A DNA stretch of 58,947 nt, filler included, from Sphacelaria rigidula (GCA_964200075.2; 7 parts of 7 records of this genome joined end to end with filler, not necessarily neighbours in it), one strand, 5' to 3'. Positions 1 to 14,084 are shown, counted from the whole stretch's first letter. Notes: generated by a model from the sequence alone, not told the origin. A program made the numbers and translations.

Positions 1-235
1 GTGCGGAGTTGAGGTTCTCCCACGCCGCACAACATGATCTAGCTTGACTACCATCGTGGTTACCGCAAAACAAAACGCAAGAGCGCAAAAAAAAAGCGGT
101 AACCTGGTTGCCTAGCTCACGTAGTGAGTGACGTGTTTTATAGCGTCATCGCCAAGCGACGCCAATTCCATCGGGGGTCCGCCCCTACAAAGCCGGGACG
201 GAGCACGCCGGGTTCTCGCCGGACCAGGGGTATCG
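1..235 (-). repeat. Modular dispersed repeat family A (fragment), bordered by a G-run at 241-252
   Basis: The reverse complement matches 23040-23200 and 37270-37420 (GACGCTATAAAACACG..GAGCTAGGCAAC..GATGGTAG) and 37655-37700 (CCGGCGA.AACCC.GCGTGCTCCGTCCC.GCTTTGTAG). Confidence 0.85.
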
Positions 236-1210
236 GACCAGGGGGGGGGGGGTATCACGAAAGACAAATTGATAACAATAAATTTACTGGTGTATGGAAT
301 GCAATGGAATTGTACGTGGACAGCAGTGTCGATAGCTGATTGATTGATAAACAGTGGAGTGGTACTAGATACTACGAGTATTCTCGCTGTTGTCCATTCG
401 TGTCGAGAAAAACGCATTTCAAATTCACAGTTCTACGTGCAAGCAGCGTACTTTCATGTACGACAAATGCACATCAATGCTATACTGTGGTGCAAGGTAC
501 ATCAATTTTACCTATATATCACGAGTGGTGTATATATACTGTATATATATATATATATTATTGCGAAGGGTGTATTATCGTCGAGCGTCCCGGTTGCCTA
601 ATTGGCGAAAGCAGCTCCACATAGATTGAGTGCTTAACTGCGACAAGAGATTACTTCAATCCGGCTTAGTGAAACAACAATGAACCATGAAATAAAAATG
701 AGGCAAAGCACCAGCACACGAAACACAAAAAATCATGATAGATTTTCAACATGCTTAGAGAGAGCAACTGTGATTGAAACGGATCCCTGTCCATCCCTGT
801 CCCTGTGTACACGGGCTGACATTATTGATGTTTTATTTGTGTGTGTGTGTGTTTCGGTGCTTAGCTGCTTTCGAGGCGATTCTCCTTGCGACGGGGTCAG
901 CGGGAATAGAAACAAAACGACTTCGGGATGAACTAGGATGTTCTTGCTCAGACCAGAAGACCTTTGAGCATGTACCAACAAACACCCGTGGTTATAGACG
1001 TCTCGAACGGCACAAGGGGTTTATTGCAGACATTCCTGGATCGCCCCGAAGTCGAACTGCACCTACAAAGGATCGGCCAAGGAGGCAAGCTCAGACCCCT
1101 TCGCCACTGGAAGAGCAAGTCACTCCGAGGTAGCAGAATGTGCCCAGCGCTCGCTTTTGGTGAGCAAGACTAACGGAAATCCCCAATAACACGAACGACA
1201 CGCAGAGCAC

Positions 1211-4200
1211 CTTCCGAACGGCCTCATGCGTTGTTAATACGCCCCCAACGTCCTGTACCAGCTCCCTAGATGTAGGCACTACGTTCAGCACCCCCGGAGG
1301 GCCTCCAGCGTTCTCCCAGAGTTTGGCAAGAGCCAGCGTTGTCAACGGCGTGTCCTCAGCTGTGAACACCGGTGAAGAACACGAGCATGGGGCAGCGGAT
1401 GAAACGACCTTTGCAAGCACCGGGAAGTAGCACTATCGATTCTCGTCGCCCGCTGCGTGGGACACATCGGCAAAGAATGCTCTCAAACATTACACACACA
1501 CGTGTATCGCATATCGTTTTGTACCGTTTAGTTTCATCTTGGGTATGTCCATCATGTGACCACGGCTGGATCCCTGGGGGATACGTTAATGTGCAAAAAT
1601 CGAGTAATGAATATCGAAAGGATGCTGACGATACTCGGGAACTAACTTGCAGTAGAGCACAAGCCAGGCGTTGACTTATTGCGGTGTTATACACACTCGA
1701 ATTAATTGTGATGAATAGTCTTTCGAGGGCTGAACAAAGAATGAAACGGAAATCATTTGCGGACAGGAAGAGAACGTGGACGAACACTGACGAGTAACGC
1801 GGCAAGCGGCACTTGCAATAGCCGTACCAAAAGGAGGACTTGACTTCGGTTGGCACCTGTTCTTCGGCCCGTAAAATGGAACCCCTGTTGATTGACCACA
1901 GCAACAGGCCAACTCGTCTTCACGGGGTTCAAGGTGTCGGGAACACGATGACTTCGTCACTTCTGTCTCTCTGCTCCTCTCTGTCTCTGCCTTTTGCCTC
2001 TTTTCATCTCTGTCTCTCCTGCCCCCTGTCGGAGAATTCTCGCCAGTACACAGCAAGCACAACCGGGCGTAGTAAAAGCACCGTATAGCAATACTCACCC
2101 GGTTTCATGACGACGGTACATCCTGCCATGAGAGCTGGTGCCGCTTTCCGCATGAACATCGCGGCCGGAAAATTCCACGGGGTTAGCAGGGAGCACACGC
2201 CGACGGGCTGAGCACGACGTCGTTGTATGCGGATTAAACAACGCGGTAGGAAAAGGGCAAAAGTTTAGCGAACATGCCTTCCCTGGTGCTCGACTTGTTT
2301 GCGGCGCAAAATGGCGGTTTAATGCTGAGAATATTTCCGAAAAAATCTCCAAGTGAGAGCACAGACAGGTGAACCGACAGGTGAGTGACACTCAAACGGA
2401 CGGACAGGGATAGGGACACAAAGATAGGCAGAAAGGCTGATATAACTACAACCATCTGAACAGACCAACCAGACAAGCGTGCGTACATTTCTCATGAACT
2501 TGAGTCTATCACCCAGCCCCAAGGCAAGCCTACTACACCTAACGCCACACACCGGTACTTTATGCATTCGGCTGACCTCCTTGATGACCAACAGCATGTG
2601 CCTGCTGTTTTGAGGCGGCAGTACGAGACCATTTGTCCCCATTCCCGCGTACAAGTCGATGAACGACTTGGCGTAGTTAAGTTCGCCTTTCGCCTCTCCC
2701 CTTGGCTTGCCGCTCTCCAGGCACATCAGACCGGCAATATCACGGGAGTTTCGTCCGATTTCGCTTGACCAGTTAGCAAGTATCTTAGCTCTGTCCTGCT
2801 TGGTTATGGATCGTCCGACAGCAGCCGATGTGTACAGAACAGGGGTCAGAGAAGTAAGTCACATAGGGAGCAACAATTCCATCCCATGTTGCCGTCCGTC
2901 GCACATGGGCGATGGTTGTCGACTCAATGACTTCGAAGGAGGTAAATCGTCCGAAGGAGGGTGAATGGAAACACTTGAGGCACATAAAACGATGTCGTTC
3001 GAGGATTCCTGTTATTTTGTGTGGATAGACAAGCAAGTATGTTCGCCTTGCTCTGCTTGGTGGGGTAGCCCGGCACAACGATCAATGTTCACGACATGCA
3101 GAAGTCTGGGGAGATAGAAGGGGACACAGCACCAACAAACACTCTTCCATTTTACTGTGTGTGTTGCCATCCTACCCGTTCTGGACGCCAGTCTACACCT
3201 GTCGGTATATGTGGACGCATCAGCCGGGGTCACACAGGAGGAAGGCCAACGCAAGGGTTTTCTTCTTTTGTTTTAGTACTTCACCTTCCTTCTGCGGTGC
3301 TTACCTTATTTTTCATCGCGAGAGGGTTTCGATCGACCCTTTCCATCGTCGACCGTGAAGTCGATTTTGTGTACCCACGACATAGTCGCTCTCCACTGTT
3401 GGGTACGGTGCGAGAACAAATCCCAGATCGTGTGACTTCACCGAGATTCGAACCAACGACCCAACCGTCAGGAGGTTCTGAGTTTACCAATTGAGCAACC
3501 GGGGCGACCGGCTCATTCAACTGCGGCCATATATTCCACTGAAAACAGCGACGTGCGGCCCCCTGTGCTTTTCATCGGGTGACGAGGGCATTGAAGGTAG
3601 CCGGTTTTGGCTGTAGGTGATGCAAGACATTGGCGTGAGAAATCGACAGTGTTACAACAAGGCACCTTCCAACCCGATGCATTACTACGTGCGCACACCC
3701 AAGGCAACCGACAACAATGCATCGCGGGTTTGGGAAGGAGACGGATCCAACAGCACAGCCACGGCGTGAACGTTCAGCGATGCTCTGCTGTAGTAATTCG
3801 AAGTCAACGTACCACAGAATTCGAACCAACTTTGCCTTGCAATGCTGCACGGTTCAGACGTGACACAAGGTCATACTTGTTGGTACGCACTTGAACGTAT
3901 AACGACTACTCATACAGTGCAGCAGCAAAAATGTGGATAAAAAAAGGGGAGATACGGCATGTGCACTTACGAGTGCACATGCACACAGAACAGCAGAAGA
4001 CAGAGTGGTGAGTTTTGACCAAACTCGGCGTCGGTTGGCGAGATCGCGTTGGTTATCTACACCACAACCAGCAAATGACACACGAATGATATTGGCCACA
4101 CGTCGGGGATGTATTTCTGCTGGTGCATCGCGCCCCCTTCTCGCGTCTTCACTTGACCCTTCAGACACCAACGCCTTCCACACCGTGTGCAATTTGAAGG

Positions 4201-7136
4201 TTTAGCCGTGGCATCAACCCGCAAAAAGGACGCAATTGCCCTATCAAAGCACTTCACCTGTCGTAGGAAAGCTCACAACCAGGACGATGGAGTCGTCGTC
4301 GAAAGCGTTCATCAAGCTACACATAAGAATTCCCGATTCAAGAGGCCGAGGTTCTCTTCAGGGTGCGCACCTGCGAAATGCATTTTTGCTGATGTTTATA
4401 GTTGCTCTGTGTCCAGGGCGCTTCCAATTTCAATTTATTTCGGGGTTTATGACGTTGCGGTCTCGGATTTCGAGGGTGAAACCGGGGTGGTCTCGGCTGG
4501 GCCCTTCAGCTCTAAAATGAAGGTCTGCCCGTAACTCATCTTGTGTTTACACGTGGTATCCATCTCCTTACGGTGGGTAGTGGAGGGACTGGTGGACTCG
4601 TCGTAGTACCAAAACGCCCAGGTATTATCATGTCAAATGCTTTGTCTTGTCCCTCGTTCGAATCACGTGTTTCATGCTAACAATCAAAACTGTCTGTACT
4701 GCAATATGGTTGCGTCCTTGCGTTCCTTGACAAAAACTACGTTTCCCGCGCCTCGTACGGTATACCGTTCACAGTTCATAATAACCAGAGCATGTCGGTG
4801 GCGTTTGTATCATGCATATCCGTTTTTGAACTGGTATGGTATACTATTTGGTACAGCACGCAGCATCGGCAGTACTAGATCGAAAAAAACTGGTTCACCA
4901 CACCTCCAAGTGCAACAACGATGGACTCGCTGGCATCCCTTCTGCGTATTTTCGAATAAATCGTGATGAAACATGAGGAGCAATATCGTGACGGGCTGCC
5001 ATAGGGGATTACAACGCTGTAGTGCACAAGCGCGCTGGCATGATGTCGGAAACACGGGAAATCGCGCACGCGCTACGAGTAGCGCGCGTGCTGCTCGAAA
5101 ATAGCGCGCTCTGCGCGTGTAATTTAATTAAGTGCGTTTAATTGAATTCAATGCAGAGGTCAGTTACCCTATGGGTGTGAAGCCAACACTGCGTACCAAC
5201 CGCAGTGTGACGCGTTCGGCGGTACTACCTGCTTACTGCAGAGTGGTAGGGTGCAGGGTGACAAACCACACCGCAGGACGTGACATCCTTAGCCTATTCT
5301 TGTCCTGCATTGATTTCGCGTTGTCCTATGCAGTTCGCCACATCATGAATGCAGCCGCTTGTATCGCGGCCAAAATCTACGCAGGATATCACGCCTCGCT
5401 ACGCGCTATATTTCTACGTCACATTTTGTGAAGCTGTCCCATGTTGCAGCTACAGCGTGCGTTTGCCCCAGGTGGCGCACGCAGGAGTGAAAGGCCGCCT
5501 CAGCCGCTGTAATGGCTGCCTGTATCTTTGGGCGAAGCTGTATGGTAACACAGCCGCGGCTGGTGCGCCCACATATACCGAAAGGTGGAGGCCGGCGTCC
5601 AAAAAAGATGGAACGACAACACACTGACTTTGCGCTGTACACTTTCAACAGCATGTTCGTACTGATTGTAGAAATCTTTTGTTCACGGTTGGGTACATTT
5701 CCTAATATTATGCATGGTCTGGTACATCTCGACTTATAATGTAACGGAGAGTCTGGAAGGTTTCTACCTGTACATGTATGTAATGTTACTCGGTGATATC
5801 GAGAAAAAATCCGCAACATCTGGGCGAACTGCAGGTGAGGCAATCGCCGGAATATTCACCTGCAAACTCTACTCCAGTGCACTGTAAGTTGATATCGCTA
5901 GAAGGACACTACCATAATCACCCTGCCGGCTGCCAGACTATCACAGACTGTCAGGACGTAGGATCCGCTAGCATTGCTACTGTCTGTACGGGGGTGCTGC
6001 CCCCTTGTCAGGTACGTTTTGGATAAAGATACTAGATGGAGATCATCCTTCCTTGTACATAGGCATCAAACGCTGGGGGTCCTCACTCAAGACTTCGATT
6101 TGCAGGATGATACTAGGTAGGCAGCGGCAACTGCTGTGTGTCCATGTGCCTCTTGGAGCAGGATGCGTTTGGTGTCTGTTTGACGAAGTTATCCCCGAAA
6201 GACCGAAATCAATAGGGGTTTTAGAGTGGAGAAATCTAGCAGAAAAATATCGCAAGAATCAGGTCGCAAAAAACGGAGTCGCAAAAAACCGGTTAGTCGA
6301 ATTTTTTCGGCAGCAGAAACCAAATTCACTTTGTGAAATTGGAATAGTGGTTCCAAGATACTACCGACCACTGTTCAGCAGGCGCAATCAAAAATCACCG
6401 TCAGGTAGCTTCGGGCCCTGAAGGTGAAGAGACCAGAAAAAAAATCCAATCGTCGTACAAACAACGATCCAATACTGTACTCAGCACCGGCTCGTCTCCG
6501 GCCAACGAGCATGGTCATTTTTTTCGACTCTTCGGCGTTTCTGTCGTCAACTTCCTGCTACATGTATTTTCCAGTGATGCACCTGATTGTAGAGGGGAGG
6601 TTATTCACTTGGCTCGATTTACTCGTGTGGTGCATCACTGGTCATTGTAACCTGCAATGTTCAGAAAACAATGTATGTACTACCCTTTTCGTCTGCTGCC
6701 TCTTTCGAGAACAAAAAGTGGTAAGTTGGAGATAAAAATATGTTCCCGGTGCAGAATAATTTTCTGAGATGATGCACCGTAGAAGGAAGGTCCATTCGTG
6801 GACATGAACTATACTCCTGTCTAGTATCAGACGTGAGGGTGCTGTCACCGGGAATTTTTTGTATCATGCCTGCATATTTGTTCCCCTCCAAGCTGCGGCG
6901 CTGCGCTGTGCTGCCTCGACCGCCAACGCCGCGTCTTCCGCCCCCATTTCTGATACTTGAAGCACTACACGTACTCCCGATGCTTCAGATTCCTTGTCAT
7001 CGTCAACCGCCGGGTCGAAGACCTTGAACTCTCGGCCAGACGCTGCTGGCACCCACCGACCTCCAATAAGGCCGTTTCCAATCAACAAACCCTTGTCGCG
7101 TAGCTCCGTCACCAGCTTGGTTCTTGCCCTGTGCAT
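1211..7136 (-). CDS. ALDH5: Succinate-semialdehyde dehydrogenase (ALDH5/GabD-like), 5' part. Exons 6870-7136 (frame open to ~7274), 2577-2795, 2099-2207, 1211-1359; 3' exons are off-contig
   Basis: The spliced product GLIGGRWV...[27 protein letters not shown]...[24 protein letters not shown]...[68 protein letters not shown]...HEAVRK is collinear with SSADH. Intron phases are consistent (0,0,1,0), with CAG acceptors, three GT donors and one GC donor. The start codon is uncertain. Confidence 0.9.
3156..3512 (-). mobile_element. tRNA-derived SINE (family 1), near full length, in SSADH intron 1
   Basis: The minus-strand head GCCGGTCGCCCCGG-TTGCTCAATTGG (A-box-like, 3487-3498) ... GGTTCGAATC (B-box, 3445-3454) is followed by a ~350-bp body and a (CA)n tail. 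Truncated 3' copies lie at ~5550-5625 and ~46060-46210. Confidence 0.8.
5190..6000 (+). repeat. ~800-bp dispersed repeat (copy 1) with a nested SINE 3' fragment at ~5550-5625
   Basis: Collinear with the reverse complement of ~20637-21350; both copies give matching pseudo-translations ([16 protein letters not shown]; CIDFALxYxxRHIMNA). Confidence 0.85.
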
Positions 7137-8336
7137 GTTCAAACCTCGCGTGATTTTAAGTATTTCTTTCTTTCTCGCTCTCTCTCTCCTCTCCTTGCTT
7201 GCCTCTGCTTTTGCAGCTGGGCTTACTGTGTCTTTCTCTGGGTTGCAGCACCTGTGTATACCTCTCAGTGTGTGCTAGTCCCACAACCTCGCGAGTAACA
7301 TGCGACTAGCATAGAGAGCCATCCGACCACGGTCCACGTTGTTGAAGTCAGCTGAAGTGCCTGTTAACACACGTCGGTCTCTTCTCGTCGAACACCGCTC
7401 GACTTGGTCACCAACAAAGCATCAACGTCTACGACGGTACACTCTCGGCTCTAGGTCATACAGAATATCCGCGGATGTGTTGTTGGCGTTGCATTCCCTC
7501 TCTGCGTCGTTTAGCATGTACAAAGGTCAGACTCAGCACGTCGCAGTTTGTACAGTACGTTGATTCCGACCACTCGCAGGTGAGGAAGACGGGTGCGAGG
7601 AAACCAGCGCTCCGCTCCGGTATGATGAAAAATACCTGCTGCGTGAAGTTTTCTCGTGCAAGTTCGTTTCTATTTGCTCTCGAGAACAGGTACGTGGGGC
7701 TCCGCAGGCAAGCAAAGCAGGCGATGAGTTTACCGTCCGGGGCCGGTGCGCGGGACTGTCATGGATCGCAAAATGTACTTAGATTTTGATCAGTCCCGTT
7801 GGTTGGATGATTCTATTACTTGGCATAAGCGGCACCCTATACCACGCGTGTTAGATGAGTAACGTCCCCTCTTTCGTGATCAAACACGAAAAATCTCTCT
7901 CCATTATAATTCAGAAGTTATCTCTCTCGGGATTTGCGACTACGTGAAGTCCTTAAATTATATCTCCAGTTATTTGATGTCAGAGGACTCAAAAATTGTG
8001 TGATCTATACGACGAGTACTCTGCGAAAAAGGTGTGCAACTGGTCACGGGTATTGTACTCAACTTCTAAACGAGAGACCCGTACAACTGTGTTGCGGACT
8101 GAAATTACAAATTATTAGGTGAGGACCCTGTTCAACCCTCAGACCGCGGGGGTAGCCAATCTGGACCGCGGATACTTTACTTCTTCATTCAAGTGAAATT
8201 GTGCAAGGGTAGGTCGAGTAGAGTATACTCAATACTCAGTATTTTTGAAGAGTCATAATTTTAGTACTCGAAGTTTAAGTAGAGTTTTGAGATCATACTC
8301 TCAACGTACTCAAAATTTGAGTAGAGTATTTGAGGC

Positions 8337-8436
8337 NNNNNNNNNNNNNNNNNNNNNNNNNNNNNNNNNNNNNNNNNNNNTTAATTAATTAANNNNNNNN
8401 NNNNNNNNNNNNNNNNNNNNNNNNNNNNNNNNNNNN
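8337..8436. other. Artificial contig linker (N44-TTAATTAATTAA-N44)
   Basis: A 100-bp spacer with stops in all six frames, identical at six positions. Confidence 0.99.
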
Positions 8437-11400
8437 TGATTCGTCACGAGTTGACTCATTATACTAAAACCAAGTAATTTCCAGACGAATCAATATTTGT
8501 CCGACCCTTGAACAATTTGAGAAGACACGGCCTCAGTCGAACGAAAAGTGCGGCGGAACTGATTCCATGGAATTCGCGAAGCGGTAGTTGATCCCTTCAT
8601 GATCAGCATACAGCCAATACTTGTGCTATCTGTGCTGTTGGCACACAGTGTGTGTGCACAGGTGAACACTTTGCCACACCCTCGGAACACCTTCGGCAGG
8701 TAGAGACCATCTGGCGACCCTGCAAAGGTCCAGGACCCCCTGCGGCGACCCTTTACACACCCTCTAAAGGTCCAAAACCCCTGCGGTGACCCTCAACACA
8801 CCGTCTACGATGTGCAGCCTTGTGGCGAGAGCAAAATGTCCACCCGTGTGTGTATGTTTTCGTACAGCAGAGCGTGAAGAAGATGGGGGTAACGTGCAGT
8901 ACAGACAGTACAGTCACGCCCTTTCTACGCGCAGAACGAAACGAGCGCCAAAAAGCGTCATCTTGATTGGTCGTCACAATCATGGGCTCAAGTGGCGGCA
9001 TATCAACATGCTGCTTTTGGACGCTTGTTCCCCTTCCTGCTTCTTTTTTTCGTTTTTTCCTCTCGAGACAAAAAAAAGAAGCGACGCACGCAATAATCTT
9101 CCAAAAGCAGCTTCTTTCGTTCCACGCTTCTTTTGTTGGTGTCAATGAGACACGACACGGCAGACACGACACGGCCTATTCGGGCCCCAAAAAGTGGGCG
9201 GGGTGTTCGAGAACACCGTTTCGACCATAGTCAATTCATCTAGTTTTGTTTTTTCTTCTGGGATGCTCCACCTCGATACACTTGGTTTGATCATCCACTC
9301 TTTTCATGGACTAGTCGAGCGTTCAGGCGACGCCCTCCCTGTTCAGACACGAGATAAATCTCCACACCGTTGACGTAGAGGCGACAGCGCTGGCCTTTTC
9401 CCAGTGTTTGTACAGCGTACTCTCAAAACCGCAAGAAAACACAGCCGTTTCCCGGTTTATTCTGCTGGCCGCGGAACTTCCCCTGAAATGGCAACCACAG
9501 CATTCTGCATTCTGGTTTGAAGCACACAACGCAAAAATCAGCGCTCGATTCACACCTGTCGCCGAGGAGAACCGGTCTGGCGAAGTTGGCCCCTCGAAGG
9601 AGTGTTCCGAACAGCCCACAAATACAAACGGGCTGGGGCGGAGACCTCCCAGGAGAGCTCTGACACGGAGTAATTCATATCGGGACGGGCGTGTGCTTGC
9701 GTATCTGTCATGATTTTTTCACGGAGTAACTTACTTTGTTTCGTTGCGCGCTTGTGTTTGTCGTGTGCATGTGTACTTCATATGTGTTTGTCATCCGATC
9801 CTTGCCATCTGATTAGCTCGCTGAATTTTCCGTCAGGAAGAGCCGGGACACTCCTTGGAAATGTTCTCTGTATGTTTGGAGCACGAATAGCATCTCAAAC
9901 AGTACGAGCTGGCCCGGCGAAGGCTCCGTCGCTTCAGTTCACGGGCCATGTGCGGCGCATTTTTTTCAATTTTGGGGTGAAATTTTGACAGCAGAGAAAT
10001 GACAAACAACACACATACTGTAGGCCTTCCTTTTTTCCGGAATCAGCTTCTTCTGTTTACCTCGGATGCATTTTGCTTTGCTTTTTTTTAGCTCCCTGAA
10101 CCCTGTGACCACGAGTATAGGGCATATGTTGAATCAGCATCAATTTCTCTTGAAAACAAATCTGCGTAACCCAGATGACCTACCGCCGTAGTCAAGGCGT
10201 TAAAGTAAGTGAAGAGAGAAAACTTTGCTGGATCCAATCAAAGCGTAGGCATATGTGTTGCTCCTCTGCTGTGAAACAGTCACCCCAAAATTCGAGGCCA
10301 TGCACCGCGTGTCGTCGTTTTTAGTGATCATCCCAGCCGCAGCACACCGTTGGTCTAATGGTCCGCTGTGACCAGCAGGATGCAGAGAAGATGGCTTTCA
10401 TTTACACCAAATGCGTTATGTGTTTCTTCGAAATATATTAGTTACACCGTCGAAAGCGTGACGAGGTGAGGAGAGATGCGTTGGTCCCTTGATAGCACGG
10501 ACTCGTTCCGAAGAGGGAGGGAAGGGTTTGAAATTGCGAGAAACGAACCAAGGTCATGTGACAGCAGAGTGTGACAGAAGAAGATAAGTTCGCGTGCCCA
10601 GGTGGACTACCTCGCAGTCAAGCCGTATTTTCCATTTCGTTCATGACCTTTTAACAAGATGTAACTGAAGCATAACCAAGGGTCTGCCGGGATAAAAATC
10701 CTGGACACGTAGCCCCCACCCCCCCCTCCCGGAGAGCGTTTTTCGAAAATTTCATGATTTTGTGGTTTACTTAGATAAATGTTGTTGAAGACATTGATCA
10801 ATAAACACTGACAAAAACCGAAAATTCCGGTGGGCTTTGCGACGTTCGTATATTTGTTTCTGCTTGCCCGCTCTGTCCCGATGACCTCGGATGCCGGCTA
10901 CGCTCGCGCACGCGTATGCACACAGCGCACGGTAGCAACAGCCTGTAGCCAATGTAGCAACATTATCTCACGCCTCACCCCACTTGTCCAGAATTTTTCT
11001 CCCGGCAAACCCTTGGCATAACGAGATTTTAATTTTTACTCTGCTCGTGGTCTTTGCCGCCCGCCTGAATCCCCTCGTGTCGCCAACATAGCTTCACATT
11101 GAGGTGTTGTTGCGGAGTACCAAGCAAAGGCATCAGCAGCGTGCCGTAGACTGTGTTCAGGGGAGAGTGATGACACGCTCATTGTTTCTTGCTTTGTAAC
11201 CAGCGAAGCCATACAACATGCACAATGACTGCATTCACTTGACTTCAGGGCAAAAAGTGGTCAGATGTTCTCCAGTACTATCTTCAATATATGCCCAACA
11301 CGCATATGTTCATAAAAAGGCGTTTTGCGCAGTGAAGAAGCAACTTTTCTGAACTCTGAATGTGGCATAGTCCATCTTTGTCCATCCGAGAGGGATCCGC

Positions 11401-12977
11401 AGTCTAAGAGTTAACCCAATGTATTTTCGGCACACGTTTCCTTTGTATGAGCACACTTGAGTACATTGAGAGCTGTCGGAGCATACGCTTGGCGATCTCC
11501 TGATCACGGGGATATCTTTACTTGGCGATATGTTGCGCGGTTCTCGAGTAGTATTCGGCGGGAGGTTTGTCCAGCTTTTTGGCCGCCCTAGCTCGTACTG
11601 TCTGTGCTCTCTGCATACAGTTAGATGCGAAAAAGACGTGAACAGCGTGCAGTTTTGTACCGTCTGTACTGTCCGTGATCGTACACATGATTCGGTCGCC
11701 CACCTTACCACGCAATTCCGTCGCTGACCCCTGCCATGAAGATATGCTCAAGTTTTCGCCAACAAAGGAAGAAATACATGATGCCAAGAGGGCGGTAGAA
11801 CCGGTTCCCAAATACTGCAGTGTATGTACCTCTGTGCTCAACTCGTGCTCTATGCTGCAGGGTGACGGTGGTAACTTGAAATGATTGGGTGGGGTTTGCA
11901 TGGTTCTGCGAACGGGTGGAATGTAGCATGTAGCACGGTGGTCTGCAAGATAGGAGTCAGGTCCCCCTTCGTGCCGTTCCTTTGCATGTTTTCGATCGAA
12001 AAAGCTAAGCTTTAGCATATTCTGTCTTATGTCCGCGCGCGGATAGTTATACGTAATGGTTGAAGCCAGCTCAGAAGATCGATGACGTGGACCTATCAGG
12101 TAGGAATTCTATCATCGCTGGATTATGCGATCGATTTTTGTCTTATGAGGCACACTCTTAGTTGATCAATTTATTGTCTATCCTGGGACGGCGGAATCAG
12201 AAGCTGGTTTGAGTCTCCCTCAGGCCCGGGCTGTGTAACAGGTGTGTACCATGGCAAGGGTAATTGCGCCGCTGGTTAATGTTGCCCTTCATGGCAAACA
12301 GCCCAAAACACTGTTCGCGGATAGCACGAAAATTCCAAACTCATTTATGAGAGAAACATACCCAGGACAGATATTATGGGCAAGGAGTGTACTGTATGCA
12401 GTATCGAATCCATTGTCTGACCCATGAAAAAGAGCGCCGCCGCCCCCCCAAAAAGCGCCGCCGTTCTTTTTCTTAGAGTGACGGAGGGGGGTTATCCCAC
12501 GGGGTATCTCAGGGACTTTGTTTGGGAACATACTTCTCGTGCTCGCTTGTCTTTTTTGTCTCAGTAAGACCCGGCCATATGCCGTGATTTCCTGCAATTT
12601 AAGGTGTTCGAATTCGAGTATCCTTCCATGACCAAACTCCGTGAGGTATGACGTGGGTGATATCTTCGAAATTGTCATACCTCTTAAGCGGCAATCAGCC
12701 TGGCAACTGCACTGAATCAGCAGTCTCAACTCTCAAAACATCCGGCGACAAGCCACCCATGGACGAAAATCCTTCGGTGCTGCGCGCCGAAAAGGCTTGA
12801 AATTCGGGGTGCCCCCGTTGAGATTAGTCCTGAACGAAACTCCGCATGTGTCACGTGACCGAAACACGTTACATATTGCAACCGAGCCCAAAAAAAACAC
12901 GCTGAGACACCCACGGTACAAGCCAGTTACGTGTACGAGGTGGGCCAGCCTAAAAACGGATCTGTAGGTTGCAGGTC

Positions 12978-13241
12978 CGTTCTCACCTCAATTTTGATAG
13001 TTGGACCCTCAGATTTAGTATGGAGAATCGCTTGGGCATGATGAAAAAAGTATGGGGGCGAATTATATATATAAATATATATTCATGAGTCAAGGGCAAC
13101 AATGAAGATCAGATCTCAGTGAAATGTCCGTAACTCATGAAAACTAGAATTATTTTTGTCCCGAACGTTGTTTTTCGCTATGCCCCAGCGATTCACCACA
13201 CCAAATTTGAAAGTCTCGGCCTCAGAATTGAGGTGAGGACG
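12978..13241. mobile_element. MITE with ~65-bp imperfect terminal inverted repeats
   Basis: CGTTCTCACCTCAATTTTGA...GAATCGCTTGGGCAT pairs with ATGCCCCAGCGATTC...TCAGAATTGAGGTGAGGACG. A related copy lies at ~46792-47048. Confidence 0.75.
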
Positions 13242-14084
13242 AGCGATTTAGTGCATTTAGTGCCTCTGCTAGTAATACGTTGGTTTTAGTATAAAACACC
13301 ATGTGCGCCATATCTCTAGATAGATGACGAATGAGGTGGAGGTGAGTGTATCGATCGTTTACCCGTTCTCGAGGGAATGTTCACACCAAAAATCGTCATC
13401 ATCCGCTGCATATGTCATTCGGAGGTTTTGTATGGATTTCAGTATAGAACCTATCTCCGTACAGTCAGGAATTACCCGATATGGCGTTTAGTCGATGAGA
13501 AAAGATTGGCCCATACTTTTGAGCAGATGTAAATCTTTCCCTTGATTATTAATAGACGATTGATAAGATATGTGAATCACGGCCAAATTTGTCCGTGTCA
13601 ATGAGATACGGCTGTGAGAGCTTAAATACGTTTTCGGGTTGACCCCCTAGTGCCAGCTATTGCTCGTCAATTACACACACATCGGGGTTTGCTCCATGGC
13701 AATCCGTTCAGCAGTGGAAGCGTGACGGCCGTGTGTGTGCCAACAAAGTTGCTCACGAGGCAGATGTTGACCGTTCGTGTGTGTGTTTAAGGGCGGGAGT
13801 CTGGCCCACATGATGGAATCCCATTCAATTTTGAACCCATTCGACTTACGCCAAGAACCTCTTACTCAGCTGATCAACAGCTACGGCTAGAGCTACTGCG
13901 TGCGTTGTCCGTCCTGGCACAGTGGGATCACAAGGTTTGTTGATGTGTGCTTGTGCTTCCGCTCTGCGCTGTCTGGCTATGGTAGGTGTGCACTGCACGA
14001 AGGACTACTGCGCCGCTGTCTGTTACACTCCAAGTAAAATGTTTTGGGCAGCAACCCAATTTTTTAATAATTCGAAAGTAATTT

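Noticed and set aside
8381-8392. TTAATTAATTAA palindrome recurring every ~8.4 kb
   Set aside because: Always embedded in N44 padding; a synthetic six-frame-stop linker.
11135-11160. HSLRH motif suggesting a tyrosine recombinase
   Set aside because: No upstream Arg box and no downstream H/W...Y catalytic segment in a consistent frame; the 5-residue match may be chance.
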